A DNA stretch of 64,000 nucleotides from the NCBI GenBank assembly GCA_951406725.2, contig OX597838.1, positions 33,976,001 through 34,040,000 of the forward strand, in the 5' to 3' direction. The notes beneath the pieces were generated by a model. It was not told the origin of the DNA. It saw nothing but the letters and a program-made list of their open reading frames with translations, and searched no databases. Below, piece by piece: positions 40,501 through 54,600 of the stretch; position 1 is the stretch's first letter, and each line of letters begins with the position of its first letter. The position numbers and the translations under genes are program-made. Source of the stretch: Octopus vulgaris (lineage: Eukaryota).

Positions 40501-42792
40501 TGTCCTTGACTCAACTTCATGTGAAAGTTCCATGATGCAGGTCAGTGCCTTTTGTTCCTGACTTTCCATGCAAATATGGCTGATAATGGGGAAATATTAC
40601 CTTACTCAGAAACAGGTAAGGCTTAGCAAGAGAAATATGTCATCAAACTCCTCACGTATGGTTGTTTGTCTGTCCTTGTTTGTCCCTCTGTGTTTAGCCC
40701 CTTGTGGGTAGTAAAGAAATAAGAAACTGTTTGTAAGCCTGTCATGTATCTGTGTGTGTATTTGTTTCCACCAACGGGCGTTGGTTTGTTTATATCCCAT
40801 AACTTAGTGGTTCAGCAAAAAAGACTGATAGAATAAGTAACAGGCTTTAAAAGAGAATAACAAAACTAGAAGTATTGGCGTTGATTTCATCATTGTAATT
40901 TAACATCTGTTTTTCCATGTTGGCATGGGTTGGATGGTTTGACAGGAGCTGACCAGCCAGAGAGCTGTCCCCGGTCCCTTCTTCCAAATTAGGCCACAGT
41001 CCAGTAACTGAAACAAGTTTAAAAAAAAAAAAATGATGATGATATTCTTTGATATTTTCAATGTCTTATTCTTCCAGATGTCCAACCTACAATAATTTGT
41101 TCATGTCAACATAATGTTCTTCCACACTACAGCATAAAAGATACCGTTTTCCCCAGACAGCCGTTTTGTTCTCATTGTAAATCGTAAGTAAACCAGATCA
41201 AAATTGGTTTCTTTTGTTGTTGATGTTTCTTTCTTTCTTTTTTGTTTTTATTTACAAACCTTTAAATTGTCTTAGATCTAATGAAATCTAAATGAGCTAT
41301 AGGTAGTGGGTAGCGATTTTCTTCACTACTTCAGGGAGTGATGACCCTGCTTGGCACGAGTCCTGAGCTGAGCTGGCTCTGGCTGACAATACCCGGTATG
41401 GGCCCCTATCCAGGGTTACAGAAAGGAGGCAACCTTCAAAGAAATCCAGAGTGGAGCGCCGTAGGGGGCTTAGTGTTCGACTCAACACTCTTCTGGCAGC
41501 TCCTGCAACCAATCTGGTGCCAAACGTAATGCTCTGCACTCCTTTGGACTACGTCAGCAAGGTCGAGAGAGGAATCCTGACGATTGGGCTACCCAGGATT
41601 TTCTTACATCTAGCCCAGGCCTGCGCAAAACTGGAGAGGAAACTGGAGAGGACATGAAATGTAAAAACCAGACTGGATTAGTTTATGCGCAACTCCATTG
41701 TCTCCCGAGACAAAAGGATGCCAACAATAGTATTCCTGATTATTATTAGTATTATTATTATTTCTACTACTACTACAACAACAATGCATTTTATCTGTCC
41801 TTGTTCCGAGTTCAAATTCTGCTGAGGTCAACTTTTGCCCTTTGTTCTTTTGAGATCAACAAATTAAGTACCAGTGAAACACTGGGGGTCAATGTAATTG
41901 ACTAGACCCACACCCCATCCAATTTTAGGCCTTGTGCCTTTAGTAGAAAGGATTACTATTTATTATTAATTTAAAATTCTGCCGAGGTCAACTTTGCTTT
42001 CATCCTTTCGGGGGTCAATTAAATAAGTACCAGTTACACACTGGGGTCAATGTGATCGACTTAATCCCCTCCCCCAAGCTTCCCTTGTGGCAAATATTTG
42101 AAATCATTATTATTATTATTATTATTATGGCAGCAGGCTGGCAGAATCATTAGCACATCAGGCAAAATGCTTAGCTGCCATTTCATCCGTTATTACGTTC
42201 TGAGTTCAAATTCCACCAAGGTCGATAAATTAAGTGCCAGTGAAACTCTGGGGTCAATGTAATCAACTAGTCCCTTCTACCCAAATTCCAGGCCTTGTGC
42301 CTTTAGTAGAAAGGATTATTATTATTATTACTACTACTACTACTACCATTACTACAGCGAAAGTAGCGAACTGGCAGAATCGTTAGCATGCCAAGCAAAA
42401 TGCTTGGCAACGGTTTGTCCATCTGTTTAATTGTTATAATTTTGCTGTTATTTCAGACGACATGTCCGCTTGGTGGACAGTGATGGTACCATCCATTTTC
42501 TGAATGCTGACCGTACAATGTCAAAGTCCAGTCGGAGTAAATGTGGCTACAGACACTACTGGAACGGCAGAGAATATGACCACCTCCCTGAGATGTAAGT
42601 TAGAAAGGAATTATTATTAAAGGGACAAGTGCAGGAGTGGCTGTGTGGTAAGTAGCTTGCTAACCGACCACATGGTTCCGGGTTCAGTCCCACTGCGTGG
42701 AACCTTGGGCAAGTGTCTTCTACTATAGCCCCGGGCCGACCAATGCCTTGTGAGTGGATTTGGTAAACGGAAACTGAAAGAAGCCTGTCGTA

Positions 42793-42837
<45 letters not shown>

Positions 42838-45800
42838 ATATGTTTGTGTGTCTGTGTTTGTCCCCCTAGCATTGCTTGACAACTGATGCTGGTGTGTTTA
42901 CGTCCCTGTCACTTAGCGGTTCGGCAAAAGTGACCGATAGAATAAGTACTGGGCTTACAAAGAATAAGTCCCGGGTCAATTTGCTCGACTAAAGGCGGTG
43001 CTCCAGCATGGCTGCAGTCAAATGACTGAAACAAGTAAAAGAGTAAGCTAGCAGAATCTTTAGCACGCTGGGCGAAATGCTTAGCAGTATTTTGCCTGTT
43101 GCTATGTTCTGAGTTCAAATTCCACCGAGGTCAACCTTGCTTTCCAAATTAAGTACCAGTGAAATACTGGGATTGATGTAATTGATTAACCCCCACCCCA
43201 TAATTTCAGGACTTGTGCCTTTAGTGGAAAGGATTATTATTATCATTATTAAAGCAGTGAGCTAGCAAAATCGTTAGCATGCCGAGCAAAATGCTAGTAT
43301 TTCATCTACCGCTACGTTTTTATGAATGAGTTTGGTTGACAGAAACTGTTTGTAAGGCGGCAAGCTGGCAGGAACATTAGCATGCTGGGCGAAATGCTTT
43401 GTGGTATTTCGTCTACCGCTACGTTCTGAGTTCAAATTCTGCTGAGGTCATCCTTTCGAAGGTCAATTAAATAAGTACCAGTTACACACTGGGGTCGATG
43501 TAATCCCTTCCCCCAAATTTGAGGCCGTGTGCTTCCAGTAGAAAGGATTATTATTATTATTATTATTTTTAATGCTTGTTACTCCATCCTGATATGATGA
43601 AGTGGGGATGAAGAGTGACATAGTATCATCCAAACTTACTGAGTTATGCTGAATAAATGTTGTTGTCTGATTCAGGTCAGCTCTTGAGCAGGCCGGTTCC
43701 ATCCATGACTGTCCCATCTGATGTTGACCAATGGAAATCTCACCATATCATCTATCTTTTCGTTTACTTGTTTCAGTCATTGGACGGCAGCCATGCTGGG
43801 GCCCTGCCTCAAGGGGTCTAACTTGAACAAATCTACCCCTATACTTCTATTTTCTTGACCCTGGTACTCATTCTATTGGTCTCTTCTGCTGAACTGCTGG
43901 GTTACAGGGATGTAAACAAACAAACCAACACCAAGACATAGCAGTATGTGATCATGTGTCCCCTTGCAACATCATGTGGGACATATGGCTCTCCTACTTC
44001 GAAGTTCTTGGATTACTGCATCTGGGAGGTTGTCAGGAGAAGGGGGCCAGACAGTGTGTCAACAGTGTCATGGTGGGCATTATGGATGATGGCCACCTGA
44101 TTGTAGCATTCAGTCATAAGTCCATTTCTCTGACCACATTGGTGCCAAGGGGTGTTTTCTTCCATTACCCGTTTCTTTCAGAGGCATCTAGTTGAATGTG
44201 TACATTGTGTATCTGGGAGTATATTGGTGTTTTGTTCTCAGCTGTCTGGCACACTATACACACGTAACTGCGTTGCCGTATTTCGTCTGCCGTTACGTTC
44301 CGAGTTCAAATTCCGCCGAGGTCGACTTTGCCTTTCATCCTTCCGGGGTCGATAAATTAAGTACCAGTTACGCACTGGGGTTGATGTAATCGACTTAATC
44401 CCTTTGTCTGTCCTTGTTTGTCTCCTCTGTGTTTAGCCCCTTGTGGGTAGTAAAGAAATATATATGACTATTACTAGAAATAGCAGTTGAATCTCCCTCG
44501 AATTACACAGTAAGTACACACACTGGATATGATAGTCTCTCTGTCTTTACACATATAGGTGTGTGTGTGTGTGTGTGAGAGCATTTGTATTTGTTCATAT
44601 CATCATCATCATCGTCATCATGCTTGCATGGCTTCTGTGGCCCAATTATTAAACCGTCTCTCTGATCATTCATTACTGTTCATTGTCTTTGAAATAAAAA
44701 CAAAGGTAAATGGTAACTGATGTGTGTGCATGCGTGTGCGTGTGTATATATATATGTATATATAAAATCAGGTTTGTTTCAGTATCTTAGGTTATTGTTC
44801 TTTGTTGTAGTTTCACAATCCTTTGTTTTGTAAACAAAGTTGAATGTGTGTGTGTATGTATTTATTTATGTATGTATGTATGTATTTATGTATGTATTTA
44901 TGTATGTATATATGTATGTATGTATATATATGTATGTATATATGTATGTATATATATGTATATGTATATATATATATGTATGTATATATATATGTATATA
45001 TATGTGTGTATATATATATGTGTATATATGTATATATATATGTGTATTATAGTTTGTAATGTGTGTGTCTGTGTAGTTCGTAATGCGTGTGTGTATGTGT
45101 GTATATATGTAAGTGTGTATGTAGTTTATAAACCATGTCGTCTGCTGTTCATTTGTCTCTGTTCATTGTCCATTGTAGATTCTCAATCCCTTTGAAGTGC
45201 AAACAAAGAACGGTAAATGCCACAGTGGAATGGTTTCAACAAGAATCAGACAGCTCTTACAACAGTAACGCTTTCCAAGTTGCCGAAGAAATCTTACAGA
45301 AACATTTCCCCGGTATGTCGTTTTGCTTCAGGTATTCCAGCCATGACCATCTCGTCTTTTTAACCGTTATCCTATGTGTGTTCCTCTCTAAGGCTGTAGC
45401 ATGTGATTTAGAGAGAGAGAGAGATTTAGCTGCTATTTCTAGCAGGGTAAGCAACCATATAAAAGTAGTGGTGGTTAATGTTTAGCCCTAGCGGCAGACC
45501 AATGATCAAAAGCATTCCAACTATGACCATCCCATCATTTATTCAAACAAACTATATTTAGGGCCACATTTGTTATTGTGTCCTGTCACTTCTATGATAG
45601 AAGGGTTTGATTTGAAGGATATTTGGTTGCTATTTCTGGCATCAAAAGCATCCAACTATTTCGAGGAAGATTTAATTCTGTCTCTTAACGATTTCATTAA
45701 GTAATTTCTTAATGAGGAGAAGGAAGAGGAGGCAGTTGCCAATGTTCCGCAGTCCCATGGAACATTCAGTTTCCATTTCATTGAAAAATTATCTAAATTC

Positions 45801-47779
45801 ATTGGTTTTTTATGTCTCTATTCCCTCCCTTCTTTTCATGAGTTAGGTACCATGCTGGAGTTGACTACTTAGCATATATATGTGTGTGTGTGTTAGTTAG
45901 TTAATTTTTTGGCTCAAAAAGCGAAAAGCAAGGCCATGTAGGGGGACATGGAGTTATGTACAGGGAGGTGTTCATGCAAAGAGTTCAGGCCATTTCTGGT
46001 CAAGGGAGACTTTGAACCGCGCGGTCGTCGGCATCTTCACTATCTCATCCGGCAGCTTATTCCACGGATCCGCAACCCGGACGGAGAAAGCCCCTCTCCG
46101 ATTGAGATGAAATCATCACAGAGCTTTTCGGAGTGACCCTGCAGCCGACGCTCTGGAGCAGGAGTGAAGAACAGCTCTTTCGAGGGCTGATCAATAAGTA
46201 TACGGACTGTTGCCATAGTAATGCAGCTAAAGCACTGCTTGGCACAAATAGACCTTGAACTATCCTGTGCTTGCACACTAAGTTTTGACATTCTAACTCA
46301 CTTCTGCTGTTTACAGCAGTGCTTAGAAGGAAGGTGTGTAGCATGTGATCTTCACATTGACCATGACAGAGAGATGTCGTGGCGATACCTGCTCAGAGGC
46401 CTACACATCATCATCGTCATTTAACGTTCGCTTTCCATGCTAGCATGGGTTGGACGATTTGACTGAGGGCTGGGCAACCAGATGGCTGCACCAGGCTTCA
46501 ATCTTGATCTGACAGAGTTTCTACAGCTGGATGCCCTTCCTAATGCCAACCACTCCGAGAGTGTAGTGAGTGCTTTTACGTGCCACCGGCACGGGGCCAG
46601 TCGGGCGGTACTGGCAATGACACCTCGCTCGAATCTTTTACACATGCCACCGGCACAGGTGCCAGTAAGGTGATGCTGGTAACGATCACACTCGAATGGT
46701 GTCTTTTACGTGCCACCGACACAGAGGCCAGGTAGCCGCTCTGGTAACGATCACGCTCAGATACCCTACTAGCACGAGGCTCGAGTGCTGCCGCATATAA
46801 GTTGGCCGTAAAAATGTTGGTATTGACAAATGCTCTGAGAGACCCACAACCAGCAGAATTGAGAAAATCATTGCAGATGTGAGGGGAAATTGTTGAATCC
46901 CCGTCCTCGAGTTATCAGAGGATGTGCAGATTAGTTACAGTTCAACTCACTCCATTATCACTGAAGATTTGGGTACGAGATGTGTGTCTGCCAAGTTAGT
47001 GCCAAAACTGCTTTCAGCTGACCAAAATGACACTCGGGTTTCACTTGCACAAGATCTCCTTAATTGTATTAAAAACGATGAAAGTTTTTCGAAATCATTG
47101 TGTAGGCCACTGAGCATGTATTACCAAGCTTTTAGCAAAGTTTGATGCAGATTCTTTGCTCAACTTTCTCTGTCATGGTCAATGCGATGATCACACGCTA
47201 CACACCTTCCTTCCAAGCACTGCTGTAAAAAGCAGAATTGTGCTTGTTAAAACTTAGTGTGCATGCACAGCAGAGTTGAAGGTCAGCCTGTACCAGGCAA
47301 CTTCACTCTATGTGCTTTAATTCCGTTATAATGGCAACAGTCCGGATACTTATTGATCAGACCATGTTTATATATACTCTTTTACTTGTTTCAGTCATTT
47401 GACTGTGGCCATGCTGGAGCACCACCTTTAATCGAGCAACTCGACCCCGGGACTTATTCTTTTGAAAGCCCAGTACTTATTCTATCGGTCTCTTTTTGCC
47501 GAACCGCTAAGTAACGGGGACATAAACACACCAGCATCAGTTGTCAAGCAATGCTAAGTGGACAAACACAAACATACACGCACGCACACATGCATATACA
47601 TATATATACATATATACGACAGGCTTCTTTCAGTTTCCGTCTACCAAATCCACTCACAAGGCATTGGTCGGCCCAAGACTATAACAGAAGATACTTTCCC
47701 AAGGTGCCACGCAGTGGGACTGAACCCGGAACCATGTGGTTGCTAAGCAAGCTACTTACCACACAGCCACTCCTGCACC

Positions 47780-47813
<34 letters not shown>

Positions 47814-48348
47814 AAGGACCCCTTTATATAAATAAATGACCATGGGATTGCATCTAGAAAATTCCTCTCCGAGGCACAAATCCAGGCAAGGTTGTTTAAG
47901 GAAGACCTGCAGTCGCCCATGCATACCAGCCTCTCCTCTCCCCACCACTGATGTTATCCAAGGGGAAAGGCAAAGGGGCCGATACAGCTTGGCACCAGTG
48001 ACATTGCGACTCACTTCTATAACTGAGTGAATTGGAGCAATGTGAAATAAAGTGTCTTGCTCAAGAACGCAACACGCAGCCCGGTCTGGGAATCGAACTC
48101 ACTACATCATGATTGTGAGTGCAATGCTCTAACCACTGAGCCATTGGTGGATAACTTTCTAGGTGCAATCCCATGGTCATTCATGACAAAAGGAGGTCTT
48201 TTTATATGTGTATATGTGTGTGTGTGCTCCAACATGGCCGCAGTCAAATGACTGAAACAAGTAAAAAGAGTATAGTAATGGTAAGACAACAAAAGAAAGA
48301 ATGAGACCTCGATATTATGTAAATAGAGGAATTTATCTGTAATATAAG

Positions 48349-48381
<33 letters not shown>

Positions 48382-48586
48382 CACTCAAAATAACCAACAA
48401 GAATGACTCTGGTAATTTGGTACGATCGTTTCGTACTACATCATTTTATTAAATATTGTAAGTATTACAACAGTTTTAAAATGCGGAGCACTCATCAGCC
48501 AATAATACAAAAATGTTCATATCAAGTGGCAACATTATAGAGAAGGTAGATATATAGACAAAGATGTGGATTTAAATTTTATATAT

Positions 48587-48619
<33 letters not shown>

Positions 48620-51600
48620 ATATCTGTAATATAATATGTGACAATTATTCAGTTGCCATAAGAAGACTGAGTTTCGGATGTTGGGGTGGAAAACTGCTCT
48701 GGCATCTTGTCAGTTATAGAGATACTGGAGCAGGTTTCCGCCCCGACATCCGAAACTCAGAGTCTTATTATGGCAATCAAATAATTGTCACATATTATAT
48801 TATATTATATTATATTATATATATATATATATCATCATCATCATCATCATCATCGTTTAACGTCCGCTTTCCGCGCTAGCACGGGTTGGACGGTTCGACC
48901 GGGTCTGGGAAGCCAGGGGCCGCTCCAGGCTCCAGTCTGAATCTGGCAGAGTTTCTACGGCTGGATGCCCTTCCTAACGCCAACCACTCCGTGAGTGGAT
49001 TGGGTGCTTTTTACGTGCCACCTGCACAGGGGCCGGAGGGTCCGGCATCGGTCACGATCGGTTCGAGCTTTTAACGTGTCAGCGGCACGGGGGCAACGAG
49101 GTCCAGGGTACTTTGGGGATCGGGGTACTTTGGGGATCCAGGGTACTTTGGGGATCCGGGGTACTTAGAATGGGTAGGGGGTATGTGGAATTGCTGCAGA
49201 AAGCAGCCCGGGTCTTTGTAGTCACAGCATATCTCCAGAGATCTCGGTCCTTCGCCATTGCCTCAGTGAGGCCCAATGCTCTGAGGTCATGCTTGACCAC
49301 CTCATCCCATGTCTTCCTGGGTCTACCTCTCCCCCTGATACCTTCAACTGTTTGGGAGTGGCACTTCTTCACACATCTCTCTTCATCCATCCGCAGCACA
49401 TGACCATACCATCGCAAGCGTCGCTCTTGCACACCACATCTGATGCTTCTTATATTCAGCATTTCTCTCAGGATGCTTACACTCTGTCTTGCGTGCACAC
49501 TGACACTACACATCCAGCGGATCATGCTAGCTTCATTTCTTTCAAGTCTACGCATGTCTTCTGCAGTCACAGCCCATGTTTCATTACCGTGAAGCATGGC
49601 AGTTCGCACACATGCATCATACAATCTACCTTTTGCTCTGAGGGAGAGACCTTTTGTTGCCAGTAGGGGTAGGAGCTTTCTGAACTTTGCCCAGGCTATT
49701 CGTATTCTAGTGGTGATACTCTCTCTCTCTATATATATATATATATGTGTAGGAGTGGCTGTGTGGTAAGTAGCTTGCTTACAAACCACATGGTTCCGGG
49801 TTCAGTCCCACTGCGTGGCACCTTGGGCAAGTGTCTTCTACAATAGCCTCGGGTTGACCAAAGCCTTGTGAGTGGATTTGGTTGACGGAAACTGAAAGAA
49901 GCCTGTTGTATATATGTATGTGTATGTATATATACACATATATATATATGTGTGTTTGTGTATGTATGTGTGTGTATATGTTTGTGCGTCTGTGTTTGTC
50001 CCCCCCAACATCGCTTGACAACCGATGCTGGTGTGTTTACATCCCTGTAACTTAGCGGTGCTCCAGCATGGCCATAGTTAAATGACTGAAACAAGTAAAA
50101 GAGTAATAAATATATATATATAGCTTTCTTCCAAGGAATCTAACACGCTTGGCTTAGATTTCCCTTGGGGGCTGCCCAGATCGGAGCAATCTCAAGATTA
50201 ATCAGCTGAAATTGCTACGATGATCCGGTTCTTGACTGAAGATTGAGGGCTTCGAATGTCCCGTCCATGTTTTTTGTGTCGTCTTCTAAATGTTTCACGT
50301 TCTTGTCCCAGTTTGTATATTTTTTTACTTTTACATATATATATATATATATATCTATATATTGTGTTCACAAATATATAGATGTTGATTAGCTAGTGTG
50401 TGTATATATTTATATAGACAGATGAAGATAGTGTTGACCAACTGTATATTTGCTGTATTTTATGTTCAAAGCAGCTAGATCTAACCTATCACACCTACCC
50501 TGCTATATCATTCTGAAAATAAACTATCGTGTGAACTCTTGGAGCTACAAGATAATGCATGATTAATTCCAAATGGCTTGAAGAAATGAGCATTCCATTC
50601 AACAGAGCAAGCTGAATGCCAAAGGGGTTAATCTAGTAATATTTTATTTTCCAGGTGAGTTCCTAAGTAAGCTCCTGATTCAATACGTTGCCGACCAGCT
50701 TCTACAGATCACTGCTGACATCAATAACCGGAAGTCACTGAATGACGGCAGTGGTTCCCCAAAGAGGAAGTCTACAGCCACTTGCGGTAGCGGTACATTC
50801 AATGGTTCTAATCCTACGACAGCCACCAGCTGCAGTAGTAGTAGTAGTAGTAGTGGTGGTAGTGGTGTTGGAAGTACTGGTTCACCAAAACGGAGATCTG
50901 CAACCACTGGCGAAGGAGGTGTTGGCACAGGGGACGGTACAAGTCAGAGCAGTTCTGTACATAATGTAAGTGGCTAATTATTAAATGAATCCTCGTTAGT
51001 TCATTTCAGTTGTTTGATTGACTGCATTTATGTTTGTCGTGAATGGGTGGGACTTAGCCATTCATTAAATAAAGATTGATAAAGTAGGTCCCAGACTAAG
51101 TGCTCAGGTCAGTATATATTTCTTTACTGCCCACAAGGGGCTAAACACAGCGGGGACAAACAAGAACAGACAAAGGGATTAAGTCGACTACATCGACCCC
51201 AGTGCGTAACTGGTACTTAATTTATCGACTCCGAAAGGATGAAAGGCAAAGTCGACCTCAGCAGAATTTGAACTCAGAACGTAACGGCAGACGAAATACC
51301 GCTCAGCATTTCGCCCGGCATGCTAACGATTCTGCCAGCTCGCCTATACTCAGGTCAGTATAATCAATTAAAGCCCTTGAAAGCAATATTTTCCCATGTG
51401 GTCGACATCCTGTGGTTAAAACCCGTGGCGTGGTTCTCTGTCTGTTTATGGACAATGAGAGTTCCAGTTGATCTGATCAACCGAACAGCCTGCTCGTGAA
51501 ATTAATGGGCAAGTGACTGAGCACTCTACAGACACAGGCACAGGAGTGACTGTGTGGTAAGTAGCTTGCTTACCAACCACATGGTTCCGGGTTCAGTCCC

Positions 51601-54600
51601 ACTGCGTGGAACCTTGGGCAAGTGTCTTCTACTATAGCCCCAGGCCGACCAAAGCCTTATGAGTAGATTTGGTAGACAGAAACTGAAAAGAAGCCTGTCG
51701 TATATATGTGTTTGTGTGTCTGTGTTTGTCCCCCCAACATTGCTTGACAACCGATGCTGGTGTGTTTACGTCCCCGTCACTTAGCGGTTCGGCAATAGAG
51801 ACCGATAGAATAAGTACTAGGCTTACAAAGAATAAGTCCTGGGGGTCGATTTGCTCGACTAAAGGTGGTGCTCCAGCATGACCACAGTCAAATGACTGAA
51901 ACAAGTAAAAGAGTAAAAAGATATATATATATACACGCACACATACACGATGGGCTTCTTTCAGTTTTCGTCTACCAAATCCACTCACAAGGCTTTGATC
52001 AGCCCAAGGCTATAGTAGAAGACACTTGCCCAAGGTGCCACGCAGTGGGACTGAACCTGGAACCAATGTGGTTGGTAAGCAAGCTACTTACCACACAGCC
52101 ACTCCTATGTCTATGAGTGAAAAAAGTTCTACATTTCAACAGATTAATCTGAACACGAAAGGGTTAACAAATATCAGATTTGAACTGTTGAACTGTGAAT
52201 CAGTAATCCAATGTTTTATCTACTCGGCTACTTCTGCTGTTGATCCAGTGAAATCTAAGCTGCACTGGTCGTTGCTCTGTGCAGCAACAGCATCAGCGAC
52301 AGCAGCAGTTGCTCTTTCATATGAGAGGCTGGTCGACATATGATAACCAGAGATAACAGCTATCGGCAGAGGTCGAAGGTCAAAATGAAGTTCTGTAACA
52401 CTTTGGTTATCAATACTTGTTGATTGTTGTATTGCTTAATCACTGTAAAATGTAGGTGCAGGCATGGCTCCGTGGTAAGATGTTCGCTTCCCGACCACGT
52501 GGTTTCCAGTTCAGTTCCACTGCATGGCACTTTAGGCAAGTGTCTTCTGCTATATCAAATTTTATATCGTTTAAAATTATTTACCATATATTTATATAGA
52601 TATTCTTTTATTCTTTTGCTTGTTTCAGTCATTTGACTGTGGCCATGCTGGAGCATTGCTTTGAAGGCTTTTAAGTCATACGAATTGACCCAAGACTTAT
52701 TTTTTAGTACTTATTTTTAGTACTTATTCTATTGGGCTCTCTTACCAAACCACTAAGCTACAGGAACATAAACACACCAACACCAGTTGTCAAGCGGTGA
52801 TGTGGGGGACAAACAGACACACACACATATATGATAGGCTTCTTTCAGTTTCCATCTATCAAATCTACTCACAAGGCTTTCATCGGCCCAAGGTTATAGT
52901 AGAAGTTATGTGCCAAAGGTGCCACACAGTAGGGTTGAACTTAGAACAATGTGGTTGGGAAGCAAGCTTCTTACCACACAGCCATGCTTGCACCTCATCA
53001 TCATCGTTTATCGTCCGCTTTCCATGCTAGCATGGGTTGGACAGTTCAACTGGGGTCTGGGAAGCCAGAAGGCTGCACCAGGCCAAGTCTGATCTGGCAA
53101 TGTTTCTACGGCTGGATGCCCTTCCTAACGTCAACCACTCCATGAGTATAGTGGGTGGTTTTTACGTGCCACCGGCACAGGTGCCAGACGAGGCTGGCAA
53201 ACGGCCACGATTGGATGGTGCTTTTTACGTGCCACCGGCACAAGGGCCAGGCCTGGCTGGCAACGGCCACGAACAGATGGTGCTTTTTACTTGCCACCTA
53301 TATATTATTATTATTATTATTTTTAGTTTGTCCATTAGTTTGCTGATGATAACAAAGGACAAGACATGTTACAGTGTGTCCGATTATGGCTAATCAAACC
53401 CCTGCATGCTTGGAAGGCTCTGCTGCCGGTCAGGCTCTCGTGGTCTGCTGGGGCTGGAGGCAAGGAGCTGGCTCTGGTCTTGCACAGTTTGCGTTTACTC
53501 TCTGCCTTTGCACACCTGTTCTGTTTGTAAGAGGTGGCACATCTGTCGGCGCAGCTTTGCCAGGTAGGGTGGTTTGGGGCTTGCATTCCCAAGGTGTTAG
53601 GGTTGATCTCAAAACTCTTCAGTGAAGCTTTTTGAGTGCATCCTTGAAGCACTTTTTCTGATCCACTTTGCGTGCACTTGCCCTCTGCCAGTTCAACATC
53701 ATCATCATCATCGTCATTTAACGTCTGCCTTCCATGCTAGCATGGGTTGGACGATTTGACTGAGGTCTGGCGAACCTGATGGCTGCACCAGGCTCCAATC
53801 TGATCTGGCAGAGTTTCTACAGCTGGATGCCCTTTCTAACGCCAACCACTCCGAGAGTGTAATGGGTGCTTTTTACGTGCCAGTCAGGTGGTACTGGCAA
53901 CGACCTCGCTCGAATCTATTTACACATGCCACCGGCACAGGTACCAGGAAGGCGACATTGGTAACAATCACGCTCGAATGGTGCCCTTTTACGTGCCACC
54001 GGTACGGAGCCAGTAGGCTGCACTGGCAACGATCACACTTGGATGGTGCTCTTGGCACCCTACTAGCACAGGCACAAGTGCCAGGAAGGCGACTCTGGTA
54101 ACGATCACACTCGAATGGTGACCTTTTCACATTCATTGTAAAACAGTCTCTTGGGGAGTTGCAGGTGAGGCATTCAAACAACATGGCCTGCCCACCTGAC
54201 TTGCGCTCCACTCAGCAGTGTATAAATGCTTGGCAGATCAGCTCAAGAGAAGACCTCCATACCTGAGACCTTGTTTTGCCAGGTGATTTTGAACAGCTTT
54301 CTCAGTTCACATGGAAGTGATTTACAAAGAGTTGCTGAGAAATTCCTGGCTTTGGGTAAAAGAAAATCTAGGAGGATCAGTTATTTATGATTTTATTCAA
54401 CATATTCCCCTATTATTGCAGTGGTCCTTCAGTTTTTTTCTAAGCCATGTAAAAGAACACAGAAGGTTGGACCTCCAACCAGGCTTTTCACAACACCCTT
54501 AAAGCCAGGAACTTTTCAGCACCCCCTCATAGCTTTTTGGCATGGTGTTTGTAAAGCCTCCATGTCTCACAGGCATACAGTAGCATAGGTTGTACGATTG

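Noticed and set aside
50742-50969. Poly-Val ORF (+) and poly-Leu ORF (50680..50928, -)
   Set aside because: Alternative frames of the (AGT)n poly-Ser stretch in VCPIP1 exon 9.
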